DNA of 64,000 bases, from assembly GCF_009914755.1 (NCBI RefSeq), contig NC_060939.1; one strand, written 5' to 3'. This stretch comes from the human T2T-CHM13v2.0 reference genome, Homo sapiens. Below, piece by piece: positions 62,401 to 64,000 of this stretch (its first letter is position 1; every line of letters starts with the position of its first letter). The notes under the pieces are model-generated. The model was not told the origin of the DNA. It was given only the letters and a program-made list of their open reading frames with translations, and searched no databases. The translations under genes and the position numbers were made by a program.

Positions 62401-64000
62401 TACATCAAATATATATTAGGTACATAAAATATGAAAGTACATCAAATATAGATTATATACTGTACATAAAATATCAATGTACCTCAAATATATATTTTAT
62501 ACTCTACATGAAATATCAAAGTTCACAAACCATATATTATATACTGTACATATAATATCAAAGTACCCAAGGTATATATTCTATACTGTACAAAAAATAT
62601 CAAAGTACCCAAAGCATGTATTATATACTGTACATAAAATATGAAAGTACATCAAATATATATTTTATTCTGTACATAAAATATCAAAGTACACCAGATA
62701 TATATTCTATAGTGTACATAAAATATCAAAGTACCCAAACTATACATTATATACTGTACATAAAATATGAAATTACATCAAATATATATTAGGTACATAA
62801 AATATGAAAGTACATCAAACATAGATTCTATACTGTACGTAAAATATCAAAGTACCCCAAATATATATTATATACTGTACATGAAATATCAAAGTTCACA
62901 AACTATATATTATATACTGTACATAAAATATCAAAGTACCCAAGGTATATATTCTATACTGTACAAAAAATATCAAAGTACCCAAAGCATGTATTATATA
63001 CTGTACATAAAATATGAAAGTACTTCAAATATATATTTTATTCTGTACATAAAATATCAAAGTACACCAGATATATATTTTATAGTGTACATAAAATATC
63101 AAAGTACCCAAACTATACATTACATACTGAACATAAAATATGCAATTGCATCAAATACATATTATATTAGGTACATTAAATATGAAAGTACATCAAATAT
63201 AGATTATATACTGTACATAAAATATCAAAGAACCCCAAATATATAGTATATACTGTACATGAAATATCAAAGTTCACACACTATATATTATATACTGTAC
63301 ATAAGATACCAAAGTACCCAAGGTATATATTCTATACTGTACAAAAAATATCAAAGTACCCAAAGCATGTATTATATACTGTACATAAAATATGAAAGTA
63401 CATCAAATGTATATTTTATTCTGTACATAAAATATCAAAGTACACCAAATATATATTCCATAGTGTACATAAAATATCAAAGTACCCAAACTATACATTA
63501 TATACTGTACATAAAATATGAAATTAGGTCAAATATATATTATATTAGGTACATAAAATTTGAAAGTACGTCAAATATAGATTATCTATTGTACATAAAA
63601 TATCAAAGTACCGCAAATATACATTATATACTCTACATGAAATATCAAAATACACAAACTATATATTATATACTGTACATAAAATATCAAAGTACTCAAG
63701 GTATGTATTCTATACTGTACAAAAAATATCAAAGTTCCCAAAGCAAGTATTATATACCATACATAAAATATGAAAGTACATCAAATATATATTTTATTCT
63801 GTACATAAAATATGAAAGTACACAAGATCTATATTTTATAGTGTACATAAAATATCAAAGTACACAAACTATACATTATGTACTGTACATAAAATATGAA
63901 ATTTCATCAAGTATATATTAGGTACATAAAATATGAAAGTACATCAAATATAGATTATATACTATACATAAAATATCAAAGTACACCAAATATATATTAT

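Larger units (their letters stand above)
1..64000. repeat. HSat1A (human satellite I / SAR) tandem array: 42-bp monomers arranged as 378-bp (and 373-bp) 9-mer units; extends beyond both window edges
   Basis: Seen: GTAC sites alternate at 17 and 25 bp spacing. Nine distinguishable monomers recur in fixed order, translating as MKYQSSQTIYYILY/IKYQSTQGIYSILY/KKYQSTQSMYYILY/IKYESTSNIYFILY/IKYQSTPDIYSIVY/IKYQSTQTIHYILY/IKYEITSNIYYIRY/IKYESTSNIDYILY/IKYQSTPNIYFILY = 126 codons = 378 bp. Same orientation throughout. Established: a 42-bp (17+25 RsaI) monomer with a 378-bp 9-mer and high AT content defines HSat1A. The chromosome of origin cannot be assigned by eye. Confidence 0.96.

Noticed and set aside
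90-63921. About 130 ORFs encoding 14-aa Y/I/K-rich repeats, as a repeat-protein gene family
   Set aside because: They are translations of a 42-bp satellite. Starts and stops follow recurrent 5-bp deletions and point variants, and there are no unique domains, promoters or splice structure.
1-64000. CRISPR-like alternation of a conserved 17-bp part and a more variable 25-bp part
   Set aside because: The 'spacers' are homologous to one another and recur every nine monomers. There is no leader and no cas genes.
1-64000. Alternative identity as HSat1B/DYZ2, alpha satellite, HSat2/3, or AT-rich protist or organellar DNA
   Set aside because: There is no Alu-derived segment or ~2.4-kb unit, no 171-bp period or CENP-B box, and no CATTC pentamer arrays. 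The 17+25-bp RsaI structure and 378-bp 9-mer fit HSat1A.
1-64000. Abundant TATA-box-like motifs and short palindromes (TGTACA, TATATA) as promoters or terminators
   Set aside because: They are intrinsic to the monomer and expected from its composition. No extended hairpin or promoter context was seen.

Overview
The whole 64 kb window is one uninterrupted, single-orientation, very AT-rich tandem satellite. The monomer is 42 bp (17-bp GTACATAAAATATCAAA plus 25-bp GTACCCAAACTATACATTATATACT). Nine diverged monomers form a 378-bp unit, and a 373-bp variant carrying a 5-bp deletion is common. This matches the human/great-ape classical satellite HSat1A (satellite I, RepeatMasker 'SAR'), known from pericentromeric and acrocentric short-arm arrays. 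I see no genes, RNA genes, transposon insertions, inversions or unique sequence. All listed ORFs are translations of the repeat (42 bp = 14 codons), and I find no support for a novel genic system. The real information is in array architecture. Shared variants show a near-perfect 5249-bp tandem duplication (~12.0-22.55 kb) and an overlapping 9382-bp duplication. Four deletion derivatives of a reconstructable 6387-bp, 17-unit block occupy ~23.4-46.9 kb, and there is a 5379-bp-offset partial duplication. Truncated 5/6/7-mer units cluster in the distal quarter, one unit shows a length-neutral out-of-register monomer swap, and divergence rises in the last ~1 kb. Offsets were derived by hand from ORF-track coordinates and marker variants. 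Breakpoints are approximate.
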